A stretch of 63,677 bases of DNA, counting the filler, from Octopus bimaculoides (lineage: Eukaryota), in the NCBI RefSeq assembly GCF_001194135.2. It is 6 parts of 6 records of this genome, joined end to end, with 100 filler letters (N's around TTAATTAATTAA, not from the genome) between each part and the next. Parts side by side here need not be neighbours in the genome. Positions count along the whole stretch, not along the records: positions 1 to 15,443 come from NW_026366871.1; positions 15,544 to 46,919 come from NC_068995.1; 4 more parts are not named here. One strand, written 5' to 3'. Below the pieces are notes generated by a model. It made no database searches and was not told where the DNA came from. It saw only the letters and a list, made by a program, of their open reading frames with translations. Of the stretch, positions 13,868 through 27,924 are shown piece after piece (the stretch's first letter is position 1; each line of letters begins with the position of its first letter). The position numbers were made by a program, and so were the translations under genes.

Positions 13868-14535
13868 ACCTCATTATATATTACACAATCATTCCGCCCC
13901 CTCTTCCTATTTCTAAAAGAGACTAATTTCACACAAATAAATCATATTTTCAGATTTATCTTAATAATTTCCACTAATTTACGTTCACCAGAAACTAATT
14001 AAATATAAGAATCGAATGTTTAAAAAAGAAACGAATTTATTTCATGTCAACTGAAAAACGAATCAATGATGAGGTGAAGTGTTCGATATTTATTGATAAT
14101 GTGTTATAAACACTTCGATCGATTATTTATATTAAATTATGATTGGAAATCTTCACAATCTGCACAATAAAACAGATTTTATTTAACAAAAATCTCAAAC
14201 TCCATCTTTCTTTCTTCTCCCCCTCTCTCTCCCCCTTTCCCTCTTTACCGCATCACTCCAACTTCCTCTCCTTTCGTAACTCTCTCTCTCTCCCTGTCTT
14301 TCTAAACCATCGTATCATCATTTCTCTCCCCCTCTCTCCACGTCATTATATAATATCCTATCACTACACCTCTTTTACTTTGTCTCTTACCTCATACTCC
14401 CCCTCTTATGCTTAGCTTATACCTCTCTCCATTTCTCCTCCCTTTCTCTCTCCTTTTATTTCTCTGTCTTTCTGCCTCTTTTCTATCTCCACTTCTTATC
14501 TCTCTTTCTCTTTCTCTCTATGTCAGTCTACCTTC

Positions 14536-14571
<36 letters not shown>

Positions 14572-15150
14572 ACCTCATTATATATTAACGCTCCGCCCCT
14601 TTTCTATTTGTCTCATACTCTCCCTCTCTACTAAACACACACGGTTCTCTCTTTCTCTCTTGATCTCCCACTACTTCTCCTCCTTATCTCTCCTCTCATT
14701 CTCTCTCCCCCTCACTCATCTTTTCCCCCCTCTTTTGTTTCTTTATTTTTTCTTTCTTTCTTCTTTCATTATTTATTTCCTTCTTTGGTGTTTCTTATTC
14801 TCTTTCCTTCTTTTTCTCTTTCTTTCCTTTCCCCTCTCTCCTTCTCTTCCCCTGCCCCTAGCTCTCCCTCCCTCTCATTTCCTCCCACTTTCTCTCCCCC
14901 TCAACAATCATTCTGTGGAGCAGAATCATTTCGTCTTACTATCTTTCTTTCTCCCTCTCTATTTCTTTCTTTCTTTTCTTTCTTATTTTCTTTGTTTCTT
15001 TCTTTCTTTCTCCTTTATTTTCTTCTTTCTTTCTCTCTTATTTTCTTCTTTCTCTCTTATTTTCTTTCTTCTTCCTTTCTTTCTATCTTTCTATCTTCTT
15101 TCTTTCTTTCTTTCTTTCTATTTCTCTCTTCCTTTCTTTCCAACTTTATG
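11730..15150. repeat. Pyrimidine-rich (CT/CTTT) low-complexity block with a ~148-bp internal triplication
   Basis: (CTTT)n and (CT)n tracts; motif CTGATTTCCTTCTTTCGTCCCTTCTC recurs near 13297, 13443 and 13589. Confidence 0.9.
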
Positions 15151-15155
15151 TCTTA

Positions 15156-15443
15156 CTAGCAGAAATACCCGGCGTTGCCCGGGTTAAAGAGAATAATGAA
15201 ATCTAAAAACGCCGTCTAGACTACGCAACCCTCAACTGTTAGTAGCTACGATACCATATTTCTACATTAATACCTCTCCAATCCATGCCAGCATGGAACA
15301 TAGACATTAAGTGGAATGCTAGAAGAAAGTTTTCAACTCATATCTATATAAAGTAAATACACGTAATTCAGAAACACGTTTTGTGTATTTTATTTCGTAA
15401 CCAAACAAACAGGTACAGATTATAAGTAATGAAAGGCCAATTT
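15156..15443 (-). mobile_element. Helitron 3' end (non-coding portion), running into a gap
   Basis: Minus strand reads CCCGG-GCAACG-CCGGG (hairpin, 15168-15183), 8 nt, then terminal CTAG followed by T. This is the canonical Helitron 3' signature. Confidence 0.8.
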
Positions 15444-15543
15444 NNNNNNNNNNNNNNNNNNNNNNNNNNNNNNNNNNNNNNNNNNNNTTAATTAATTAAN
15501 NNNNNNNNNNNNNNNNNNNNNNNNNNNNNNNNNNNNNNNNNNN

Positions 15544-15907
15544 ATATGTATGTATGTATATGTGGGTGTGCGTGTGTGTGTACAGATATATTTATATATG
15601 TATATGTAATATGTGCGGGCGTGCATATTGTATATATGTATATACGCAAGCAGACATATACAGACACATGTACACACTAGTTGTAAATATAAACTCTTAC
15701 ATAGACAAATTTAAGTAAATGCTACTCATTATGCATAAATGCCAAAGTGTGTATATTTGTATATATATATACATACAGACGTTTACACAAACATGCATAT
15801 GCGTATATATTTCGGTGTAGTATATGTTTGTGAGATAATATGCTTCTATGTGTGTTACACTTCTGTAAATGCATGTCATACATACAATAGATACATACTT
15901 ACATAAA

Positions 15908-15943
<36 letters not shown>

Positions 15944-16037
15944 CACATACATATATATACATATGTGTGTGTGTGTGCACGCGTGCTTATTGCAAAGTAT
16001 AAATGATAACCGGCAAGAGCCGGGAAAACGGAGCACG

Positions 16038-16078
<41 letters not shown>

Positions 16079-16253
16079 ACACACACTCACACACACACAC
16101 ACACACACGTGTGTAAACTTGATACTACAGAAGCACACAAAATTCTATGATTTATACACGTATACATACGCACACAAGCACAGCTGCAATACGACATACG
16201 TATATACACTTCCACAAACACACAAAACAATGCACCAAAACACACAGGCACTT

Positions 16254-16293
<40 letters not shown>

Positions 16294-16668
16294 GTACATA
16301 GGCATGCATACAGAGGTAAATGCACAATCGCATCAGTAACAATACATGCAGAGTCATGCAAACATGCATATGCACTCGCACAGATTGGACACATGTGCAG
16401 CGAGCTGCACTGAAAGAAAAACACAGAGATATGTATATATACGGAGTTACGTATACCATACACACACGCACACGCACACGCACAGACAAATACACATGCA
16501 CGTACACATGCTCACACATACACGAAGCACACACATACAAAGACACACAGACACGTGCACACTTATATAAAACATCAAATACCCGCTTAATGCTCACAGA
16601 GTAGAACACACACACACATACACACACATGAAAATTTACACACTCTGATACACGCACGGTAAGGCACT

Positions 16669-16713
<45 letters not shown>

Positions 16714-17523
16714 AGAAACACTCACACCTACGCACGCACGCGCATGCATGCACACACGTACACACACATTGTCTTTCCTTACAACACGCCCACAGAATCC
16801 CAACCAAAATACAGGGACACGCATGCACATACAAACATACACACACACGCATACACATGCATGCACGCATGCACACTAACACATGCAGAAAAGCACATAC
16901 ACACACATACATACATGCATACATACATACATACATACATACACGCAGAGTAACGCACATGCACAGACGTACTCTCACAAACTCAGACACAGACATATAT
17001 ACACACAAACTTCTGCACACTGACAGAAGCATAACCCACATACATACGCATATACATACATACATACATACATACATACATGAAAGGAGAGCGGGAGAGA
17101 GAGAAAGAAACACATACATAGACATAGAGAAGCGTACACATACACACACGCACACACACACACAAACACACACAAATACATACATATACGCATAAGTACA
17201 GTGCCCCGCCCAAAACATAGACAGTGACACACACAAACACAAACATATGTACACTCACAAACACACACGTACACACACATTACCGCACACAAACCACAAA
17301 CAAACACATACATACATACATACTCATACATACACACACATACACACACGTACATACACACACATATACAGAGTGCTCCACACAAACCAGACAGACATAC
17401 AGACACACAGCGATACTCACACGCACAGACTCACTCGCATACACGCAAATACATACAAATACACACAGGCACATAAAGCGTGCTACACACAAACTACAGG
17501 CAGACAGACACAGCGTGACAATT

Positions 17524-17559
<36 letters not shown>

Positions 17560-17580
17560 CCATACAAACATACATGGATA
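15544..17580. repeat. Compound, degenerate (CA)n/(TA)n/(CATA)n microsatellite field
   Basis: Read directly from sequence. Confidence 0.9.
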
Positions 17581-18479
17581 CACTCCTATGTTATGTGCGA
17601 GGCTGGGATCTTCCAGCGAAAAGTCAGGCTGTAGCTGTCAGTTTGGTTTCTAGCAAGACTTGGTGGTCGGTGTTGTNNNNNNNNNNNNNNNNNNNNNNNN
17701 NNNNNNNNNNNNNNNNNNNNNNNNNNNNNNNNNNNNNNNNNNNNNNNNNNNNNNNNNNNNNNNNNNNNNNNNNNNNNNNNNNNNNNNNNNNNNNNNNNNN
17801 NNNNNNNNNNNNNNNNNNNNNNNNNNNNNNNNNNNNNNNNNNNNNNNNNNNNNNNNNNNNNNNNNNNNNNNNNNNNNNNNNNNNNNNNNNNNNNNNNNNN
17901 NNNNNNNNNNNNNNNNNNNNNNNNNNNNNNNNNNNNNNNNNNNNNNNNNNNNNNNNNNNNNNNNNNNNNNNNNNNNNNNNNNNNNNNNNNNNNNNNNNNN
18001 NNNNNNNNNNNNNNNNNNNNNNNNNNNNNNNNNNNNNNNNNNNNNNNNNNNNNNNNNNNNNNNNNNNNNNNNNNNNNNNNNNNNNNNNNNNNNNNNNNNN
18101 NNNNNNNNNNNNNNNNNNNNNNNNNNNNNNNNNNNNNNNNNNNNNNNNNNNNNNNNNNNNNNNNNNNNNNNNNNNNNNNNNNNNNNNNNNNNNNNNNNNN
18201 NNNNNNNNNNNNNNNNNNNNNNNNNNNNNNNNNNNNNNNNNNNNNNNNNNNNNNNNNNNNNNNNNNNNNNNNNNNNNNNNNNNNNNNNNNNNNNNNNNNN
18301 NNNNNNNNNNNNNNNNNNNNNNNNNNNNNNNNNNNNATTAAGAAATACTGCTGATTCAGAAGGAGCATGAGAAATTGACAGAAAGAGAGGGGGAAAGAAA
18401 GGGACAGAAACACAGAAATAAAGAAGGTAGAGGGAGAGAACAACTAAGTCACAGTTACAAAGAGGGTACAAGAAAATCA

Positions 18480-18724
18480 GAGAGAGGGGGAGAGAGGGAA
18501 AGAAAGATAGGCAAAGAGAGAGAGGCAAAGAGAGAGAGGCAAAGAGGGAGAGAGGCAAAGAGAGAGAGGCAAAGAGGGAGAGAGGCAAAGAGAGAGAGAG
18601 AGCGGCAAAGAGAGAGAGAGAGGCAAAGAGAGACAGAGAGAGGCATAGAGAGAGATAGAGGCAAACAGAGAGAGAGAGGCATAGAGAGAGAGGCAAAGAG
18701 AGAGAGGCAAAGAGAGAGAGGCAA

Positions 18725-18755
<31 letters not shown>

Positions 18756-18795
18756 AAGAGAGCGAGAGAGAGAGAGAGAGAGAGAGAGAGGCAAA
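18480..18795. repeat. GA-rich minisatellite, unit about AGGCAAAGAG(AG)n, 16-20 bp
   Basis: Repeated AGGCAAAGAGAGAGAG / AGGCATAGAG variants. Confidence 0.85.
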
Positions 18796-18944
18796 GGTTT
18801 GAACTTATGTCGAACTTATATTAACAGGCATGTTGACTGCTACAGTTGAGTATACACATAACTCCTAAGATATATGCGTGTTTGTGTGTGTCTGTCTGTT
18901 TCTATGTGTATGTGTGTTTGTATATGCATGTTTTGCTTTTAGTC

Positions 18945-19740
18945 GGGTTTCTAAACGAATATGTGTGGTGTTGAAACGGAATATAAGACGATTAGGAATA
19001 AGGCCAGTGTATATTCAAGTTGAGTTGTATTTTGTACGTCACATTACTATATTAGATCTTTGGCAAAACAAAGATACACAATTAAAATTGAGAGGACAAG
19101 TATTAAGTCAGTGTAGGTGCTACTGGGTTCGAATTATCAAGGTTTGGAGTATTTCATTTTTGAGCGAAATCAGCGATGCTGGAGCATAATAATATTTTTA
19201 TCAAAAATATTTTGGTATTTGTGCTGAAGGGGAAAGTGTTCGTTCAATAAAACATAATTCAGCGATGGGGGTACAACAACTATACTGGAGGGCATCTTAT
19301 ACCAAATAATGATTTATTCTCTATTTCTACGTGTGTTGATTTTAACAGTTTCTTCAGTGTATGAATGTGTATAAATGTTTCCTTTAAAATCTATTTCAAC
19401 GAAGCGTATCATTGCAATATTTCGAAGAATCATTAACAGTTCCTTTGTTAGCATAGAGATCTTATCCACCTGAATCATATATTCTTGACCAAATGGTTAT
19501 CTATATTCTTGGGAATAGGATTAGATTGCATATCGAAGTAGTTTAGTGCTTCAGAAAGTATTTCTTATAAATTTAATATTTATTATGATTGGTAGACCAA
19601 AATCTTTGAAGAATATACATAAATTTTGATAAGTCAGTTAGATGTTTGAGTTATAAAGGAACAGAAGAACACTGTGTTTATTACGGTGATTTTAGTTTTA
19701 AATTCTATAGTAAAAATAAAACAATATTTTCACTGATTTC
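18945..19740 (-). pseudogene. Heavily decayed reverse transcriptase fragment, probably Penelope-like
   Basis: Manual minus-strand translation gives motif remnants in PLE RT order: DLYANKGTVN (cf. SLYTNVPV), a Q..G.P-like region, LDNSNP.APTL, then IYTGLIPN. Many stops and frameshifts. Confidence 0.5.
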
Positions 19741-19964
19741 AACTCAATCATAAACCCCCATGATTACGTCAAAGGGCATGTTGGGGGGGGGGGGTTAATG
19801 CATATAAAATAAACTACAATAATAATATAATAGAGTACAATACACTAATATGGTATACATAATATATAATGCTAAAATTCAGATTACATATGGTTATATC
19901 AATCTTTATATAATTTAAGGGATTATAAGAGAACTTCTGACAATGTGTGTATGAATGTATATAC

Positions 19965-20005
<41 letters not shown>

Positions 20006-21772
20006 CACGCATTTATGCAAATACATATATATGTACGACTACTGTATTCTTATAAAACACTTTTAGATATATGTAATTATTCAGTTTATTTCAAGATTTC
20101 TTGCCAACAGAGAAAGAACCGGTTTCTAACCTAGATCCAAGGCTCCTTCATTGGAATATCGACATCAACAACAGGGTATTTTGTATGTATGTATGTATGT
20201 ATGTATTTCTAAATATCATTTCTATATGTATACATGTATGTGTGCATGTCTGTATGTATGCAAGCATGTATGTATATACGCATCTATGCATATATGTATA
20301 CATGTATGTACGTACATATATAAGAGTATAAATAAATACGTGTATATTACATGTATATAAGTATAATATACGTAAATCCCTTCGTTGGCAGAAATAATAA
20401 GCAGAAAATTCTTCTGATTTTGATGGGTGGTCAGCAAACATCAACCATATCAAAGCAGGTAGTCTCCTTTATGTTTTTTGTGTACAAAGAGAAGAACAAG
20501 GTGTATTTACATCTGTTTAAACTTCCACGGCATAAGACAGAGAATGTATAATTTAACTATTTTAATTCATCTCAGCTTTTCTAATACAAGCTGTGCTGTA
20601 CATAAATATTCATTAATTATTTAATTACACCACGGACAAAGGCATGATATGCATATTAGCCTAGCTATTACAGAAAAGTGAATGATGCAAATAGCGACTT
20701 GCCAGAAGCATTCGTTGAAAACCGATGAATTACGAGTATTTGTCCATTGATGAATGTTCAACAAACCATGAAACATGTCAAGGAATCCTCCTTTATTTAT
20801 GCTTTACCGATAAGAGTGCAGCGTGTAACAGATCTGTGTAGAATGTCGCTACATTAAATTTATCTTATCGTTCATTTTATAATTTAAATACAGATATATA
20901 TAAATACATACAAATGATATATGAACATATGCATGTATACATACATATATTTACATACCTACATCTACATGTATATATAGATACATATTCGGGTACAGGA
21001 CGTTAGACAAATGAACGGGAGCATAAAAACAAAACGGAATTTGTTTACAGACAACAGAGCGAACACATTGGAAAACAAACAAGTCTGTATATGTATATGC
21101 ATGTATACATGCATATGCTTAAATATCATTTGTATTTATTATATCATCGAACGCACGCGTCCATTTGCAAGTAAGTTTCAACTTTATATAAATAAATATA
21201 TATACAGTATGTATGTGTGCGTGTACGTTCTTGTGAAGTGTGTATGCGCAAGTGTACATACGTGTGATGTGTGTACTTACACGTGTATGGCTCAGTATAA
21301 CTATATATGAAAGTGGGAATATATATATATATATATATATGTATGTATATATATATATATNNNNNNNNNNNNNNNNNNNNNNNNNNNNNNNNNNNNNNNN
21401 NNNNNNNNNNNNNNNNNNNNNNNNNNNNNNNNNNNNNNNNNNNNNNNNNNNNNNNNNNNNNNNNNNNNNNNNNNNNNNNNNNNNNNNNNNNNNNNNNNNN
21501 NNNNNNNNNNNNNNNNNNNNNNNNNNNNNNNNNNNNNNNNNNNNNNNNNNNNNNNNNNNNNNNNNNNNNNNNNNNNNNNNNNNNNNNNNNNNNNNNNNNN
21601 NNNNNNNNNNNNNNNNNNNNNNNNNNNNNNNNNNNNNNNCAGTTGAAAAAACTTTGATAATGTAAATACGTTAATAGTTACCAGGGGTAGCAAAAATCAC
21701 ACAAAAACTAGGATATCACACCCGTTTTATAGGTAGAAATACCAAGTTAAAGTGATGTATTTTGAGTAGATA

Positions 21773-21898
<126 letters not shown>

Positions 21899-22013
21899 GG
21901 AGCAAAACGCATATAAACAATAAGTTCCTTTATGTATATATACGCATGTATGTTTGTATGTATGTACGTATGTATATATGTATGTGTATGTATGTACGTA
22001 TGTACAATAGTGT

Positions 22014-22065
<52 letters not shown>

Positions 22066-23145
22066 ATGCATCTGTGTGTGTGTGGCATGTGTATGTATCT
22101 ATACGTTTGTTTTACATTCGTGGGCAAGTGTATCTGTGCGTCTCTGTGTTAGTGAGTGTGTCTCTGTGAATGCGTGCTTATGCGTGCGTGTGCGTGCATA
22201 TGTGTACGTATGTATGCATGTGTGCACGTGTCGGCTACGTAGCTCTGTTCGTGCGTACGTGCGCGCGTCTGTACACATGCATCGGGTACATAATTCCTGT
22301 CGCAGCACAAAATCCACAAATTCAGCAGAAATCTTCTGGAAGTGACTTGCAAGTTATTTATTCCTTCATATATATATAAGATCNNNNNNNNNNNNNNNNN
22401 NNNNNNNNNNNNNNNNNNNTATATATATATGCATATATATGTATATGTATATATATATAATATATATATTTGTATGTATATGTATATATATATATATATA
22501 TATACATATACATACACGATATATTTTTACTTATTATGTTTATTATGTTTATTTATATGAATACATGTGTATTTATACATTTATTTGTTTATATATTTAT
22601 ATATGTTTATATTTATATTTGTAAATTTATATTTCTTTGTCGATTTTCTTATTTCTGGGATGCTGAGTGTCAATGAGTGAATAGTAAGATTGGTGGTTCA
22701 GGTATGGAATTTTGAGAATGCTACTTTTGGTTAAAATATGGAATATATAAATAAGTAAATGAATGAATAAATAAATAAGTATGTAAATAAATAAATGAAT
22801 ATGTAAATAAATAAATGGATTTAATAAATAAATAAATAGATAAATAAATAGATAAATAAATAAATGAAAATGAAAGATTGAAAGAAAATAAGAAAGAAAC
22901 AAGGCATGGAAGGAATAAAGGAAAAAGTAAAGAAGAGGAAAAGAATGATGGAAAGGAAGAATGGAAGGAAGGAAGGAAGGAAGGAAGGAAAGAACGAACG
23001 AACAAACGAACGAACGATGGATGGATGGATGGATGGATGGATGAATGGATGGATGGATGGATGGGTAGGTAGAATAAAGGAAATAAACAAAGTGTATTTG
23101 AAAGAAAGAGTGAAACAAGAATAGGGGAAGAAAGAAAGAAAGGAA

Positions 23146-23210
<65 letters not shown>

Positions 23211-24319
23211 GAAAAAAGATATAAGTTGTGAAGACAGATAGACAGAAAGATAGAAAGAGGATGGGAAAGATAGAAAGGTGGTAAGAAAATAAGAAAGACT
23301 GAAAAGGGAAACAGAAAATTGTAAATATGAATCATATTATTATCATTATATTTGCTATAAATATATCTGGATTGTGGATTACACACACTTCTGTAGAGAC
23401 AACACTGCTATAAACATTTCTGTAGAGTCAACACTGCTATAGACAGAAGTACTGTTAAAAGTACCAAGTATTTTGTAAGTTTGCAACGGTTGGCTTTTTA
23501 GCGTTTGTTGAATAGAAATAAAGGTTGGGTTTTGTACCAGCAACCACACCCGTATTGGGTGTTTGTCTGTTTCGAAAGGATGAGGGTGGTTGTGAGCTGA
23601 GTGATGTTCGTCTAGGTTGTGTGTACCACAACGCTTTTGGTTGGGGGTAGTAGTTGATAAAGAAATCTCTGAAATCACTCCAAAAAATTATATATTGTCA
23701 TCAAATCTTGTATACTTTAGGTATTGCAATATATATAAATGAAATATTTAAGCAATGTGTTAAGGAGTTAAGTAAAATATGTAAGGTGATGTAAGGCAAC
23801 GAATGAAATCAAAAAGAGAAAAGATACCGTATTAACTTGCATAGTTTGTTTAATAATCCTATAATATTTCGGGGGAAATTCTCCTTTTCAAATAAGAAAG
23901 AAAATTATCAAAGAGTTCAAAGAAATGTGTTGTTACCCGTAGGCCATTTTAGAATGGTGTGATGAAAACATTTCTGCATTAGTGGTATTAACTGTTGTAG
24001 CTGATTGTGTTTGATAGTATCAATAGTAGCAAGCAGTATGATGTGACAACAGGAAGACTAGTAGATGACGTAGCATAACAATTTAGTACGGGTGTGTAAA
24101 GGGTCGGTGAGAAAGGTCACTGAATAATAGACAAACTTTGAGGTAATGTTAGTGAGTAGGTAAGATATTTTGAGAATTTATTTGTTCAAATAGGGTAGCT
24201 TGTACAAAGCTGTAGGACGTGGTAAAATACGCTTGCCGCGATGTGGTGAATGTGTGTAAGAAATAATTTAAAAAGGTGAGAAAATGGGAATAGAGGAAAG
24301 ATATGTGAAGCGAAGTAAT

Positions 24320-24590
24320 TAGAAAAGCTAGTTCGTATTCAGTTCGGTTCTTTTGTTGATTTTTGGTTTATGCTTCGTGATAACAATAGCCTCCTTGATT
24401 CCGAAGTTACCAGTATTCCGGGCAATAGCTAAAGTGATATACCTACTTCACAGTTACGGTATCTGTCGAGGTTTTTCTGGACCAGGAAAACGCGGATATG
24501 TAGATGTTCCTTAATCCGGGCATGAATTGTCTGGATTGTGCTGCTGGTATAGCGATCCCTACATCTAACGCATTTTATCTGGTACACTAT
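24320..24590 (-). pseudogene. GIY-YIG endonuclease remnant of a Penelope-like element; element may extend to ~23380
   Basis: Minus strand: YQIKCVRCRDRYTSSTIQTIHARIKEHL, frameshift, then NTGNFGIKEAIVITKHKPKINKRTEL. This matches the GIY-YIG layout (YxIxCxxC, YIG-like, R..EH, LR.KEA, PxIN). Confidence 0.75.
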
Positions 24591-24608
24591 ATATGTAGGT
24601 GTGTGCGC

Positions 24609-24669
<61 letters not shown>

Positions 24670-24918
24670 NNNNNNNNNNNNNNNNNNNNNNNNNNNNNNN
24701 NNNNNNNNNNNNNNNNNNNNNNNNNNNNNNNNNNNNNNNNNNNNNNNNNNNNNNNNNNNNNNNNNNNNNNNNNNNNNNNNNNNNNNNNNNNNNNNNNNNN
24801 NNNNNNNNNNNNNNNNNNNNNNNNNNNNNNNNNNNNNNNNNNNNNNNNNNNNNNNNNNNNNNNNNNNNNNNNNNNNNNNNNNNNNNNNNNNNNNNNNNNN
24901 NNNNNNNNNNNNNNNNNN

Positions 24919-24968
<50 letters not shown>

Positions 24969-25669
24969 CTTACTCCCTCTCTCTCTCTGCGAATGGATTT
25001 TCAAATGATGCTGGTAGTAGCCCCGCTAAGATGTGATTGTTTAAGGAAGCAGATGTTCCCATGGTGATTGTTGCACATTTTATGTTGTGGACCTTTTGGG
25101 GTATACGTGAAAGATATAAGTATAAATATTTATCAACAAAGTTTCAATGTACATACATGTATATAGTTATTCGTATATTTGCACACTCACGCAGACACAC
25201 ACACAGACAAGCGCGCACGCATGCTTATATAATCACTCTTCATTATCCACTTCCATGCATATATTTGTCTAGTAACACCTCTAATTTGTATACATGTTCG
25301 CTATTAATTCCTATCAGTATATCTCAAAATAAGATCGTTGGTTGCAGTTGAGTCGATAAAATTTTATCCAACTAACTGACAGTCAACAATCCCAATCCAA
25401 TTATAATTCCAAATCCATGACCATATTATTTAACTAACTAGAATCTGCTAATTCAAAAACACCACCATTCAGAGCTGGAACATATTGATGAAATTAAGAG
25501 AAGAACTATGTAATTATTTACGGATTGTGTTACGTTGACATGCAATGTTTTTGTCTATCGCTTCGTTGACTTTCTCTTTGTGTATAGCATTGTTCAATTA
25601 TTATGGTTTAAATATAACTTTGTTGATTTGCATTAGCCTCCATAGTTTGTTGGGTTTTGTATTGCAAGG

Positions 25670-25744
<75 letters not shown>

Positions 25745-26316
25745 CTTTCTCTCTCCTCGCTTTCTCCTCTCTATTTATCTATCTATCTACCTCTATCTCC
25801 ATCTGTCTCTGTCTCTCTAGATACAGCTTTGTTGAATCAACACAACGTTGCGAATAGGGTAACATCCGGAATTAAATGAAACTAGAGGCATTGAGACAGT
25901 CCATAAAAGAATTCACAGATGTCGGTAAGATGCAGTGAGGAGAGAAGAATTTAACGAATCAGGCCCATGCTCTTCGGTTGAAGGCGAAACGGAGAGAAAG
26001 TGCGGTGTTGTTACTTTGCGTACACACTAGTAAATAATGAAGGGATTGAAGTGAAGGAGTAATATTATATGATGTGGTAGCGGGAGGTGATGAGCTGCGG
26101 CTGAGGTGTTATAAAAGTATCAAGAGGGTGGAGAACGTGGTGAAGTAATGTATAAAGAAAGCCGCTATTACAAAATGAAGGTGAATGAAACAATGACACA
26201 AGACGAGTAGAAGGAGGAGGTGGTGTTCAGTTCGAGGAAGGGAGGCGTAGACAAAAATAAAGGTAGTGGGAGGCAAAGAAAACGTACACAGCATGGATTC
26301 ATTAAATTACAATGCA

Positions 26317-26525
26317 TATTCTTTTAATTGTTTCAGTCATTTGACTGCGGCCATGTTACAGCACCGCCTTAAAGGATTTCAGTCGAAGAAATCGACCCTA
26401 ACTCTAACCCTAAATCTTATTCCATCTTTTGCCGAACCGCTAGATTACGAGGACATAAACACATCAGCATCGGTTGTCAAACGATGGCGGGGGGGGGGGG
26501 ACGAACACAGACACACACATACAAA
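26317..26525 (-). mobile_element. SINE family A, 3' half
   Basis: Reverse complement of the family A tail: TGTTTCAGTCATTTGACTGCGGCCATG ... CGGTTGTCAAACGATG. Confidence 0.8.
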
Positions 26526-26794
26526 TATTGCGCGCGCGTGTGTGTGTGTGTGTGTATGTGTGTGTGTGTACAGATTCTTAACATTATTTTTTAATGGTTT
26601 GTGTCAGACTAAATAAGGTACTGACCATTTCAGGATCTCCGTGGTGAGTGAAAACAAAAGAGAAAGTTGTTCTCAGTCCAGAGAGCTGGCAAAAATGCTT
26701 ACAGTTTGTGGACTCCGCTACATGGCTGTTGGTGTCAAACCAGGCGATATTTATGCGCAACGCCAGAACGATATCGCCGATGGAATTCCATAGA

Positions 26795-26925
26795 GTTTGT
26801 CAAATTTCACTCACAAAGATTTAGTTGACCCGAATCCGGTGTAGAAGACGTCTGCACTATGGAGATTGAATCCGAAACCCCATATTTGCGAAGCGAAATA
26901 CCTAACCACATTGCCATTCTTTCGC
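26795..26925 (-). mobile_element. SINE family A, decayed 5' (tRNA-like) part
   Basis: AATTTCACTCACAAAG..TTAGTTGACCCGA ... GTAGAAGAC ... CTAACCAC matches the reverse of the family A head. Confidence 0.6.
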
Positions 26926-27093
26926 CCATTCAGATAAATCGTTTATAGCTTTGTTGTAATGTTTATGTAGTTTATCTGGCCCTTTTGAACTGAAATGTGT
27001 ATACATTCGTTGAACTACAATGGTATGTATAGCATTATTGACTTGCAGTGCTGTATATAGCTTCAATGCATTACATTGCTCTCTCTCTCTCTC

Positions 27094-27136
<43 letters not shown>

Positions 27137-27265
27137 CTCTCTCGCTATATATATTTATATATATATGCGTGTGTGTATGTGTGTACATATATATATATAT
27201 ATNNNNNNNNNNTTTCTCTCTCGCTATATATATTTATATATATATGCGTGTGTGTATGTGTGTAC

Positions 27266-27298
<33 letters not shown>

Positions 27299-27924
27299 TA
27301 TACATGTATATATATATATGGGTTTTATATGAATTATATGTCTAAATGTATACATGCGTGCGCCAGTAAGTTCATGTGTATGTGTGTGTGTGTGTGTACA
27401 CCCTCTTTCAATTGAAATGCTATATATAGTTTCGTGAACATCCAATGGAATGTTTAGAGCTTTGCTGGCTTACAATGGCGTATATAGCCTCGTTGCTCGT
27501 TGGATTTGCAATGTTGTTATATAGCTTCGTTCGCAATGTATAGATTTATATATAGCCACTTTGAATTGAAATACTGTGTATAGCTTCGTTGAAATGCAAT
27601 GCATGTGTATAGCTTCAATGAATTTGTTTGGCGTGTATATGTTTGTTGAAAGCTGTGTATTGGTTTGTTGACTGGCAATGCATAGTATGTATAGCAAGTG
27701 TTTATCTTGTAGAGACACCCTCTCCGTTAGTGAATGAAGCTAATCAACCATTGACGAATTCATCTGATAGGGAGGACAAAAATTAAGCATTTCATTCTAA
27801 TTATCCATTTATCCAGCTTGCACAAAAGAAATAAATCAATAACGATCAATTGATTGATTAACCTGACGACAGAGAGCGTGATTGGTAGAGATGTATGGGA
27901 TAGTGGACAACTCGCCTGGACGAT

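Larger units (their letters stand above)
25540..27710. repeat. Old ~30-bp minisatellite (TGTATATAGCTTCGTTGAA.TGCAATG-like), fragmented by later insertions
   Basis: Related units at 25540-25670, ~25820, 26940-27075 and 27410-27710. Confidence 0.6.

Noticed and set aside
15488-15499. TTAATTAATTAA islands inside N runs (also 46964, 55291, 58995, 61818)
   Set aside because: Identical 12-mers centred in 100-bp gaps (44 N on each side where counted) with stops in all six frames: a scaffolding linker, not biology.
25850-26290. Possible CR1/L2-like RT fragment on the minus strand
   Set aside because: Too decayed for a convincing motif by eye; not listed as a feature and not counted in the strand-bias tally.
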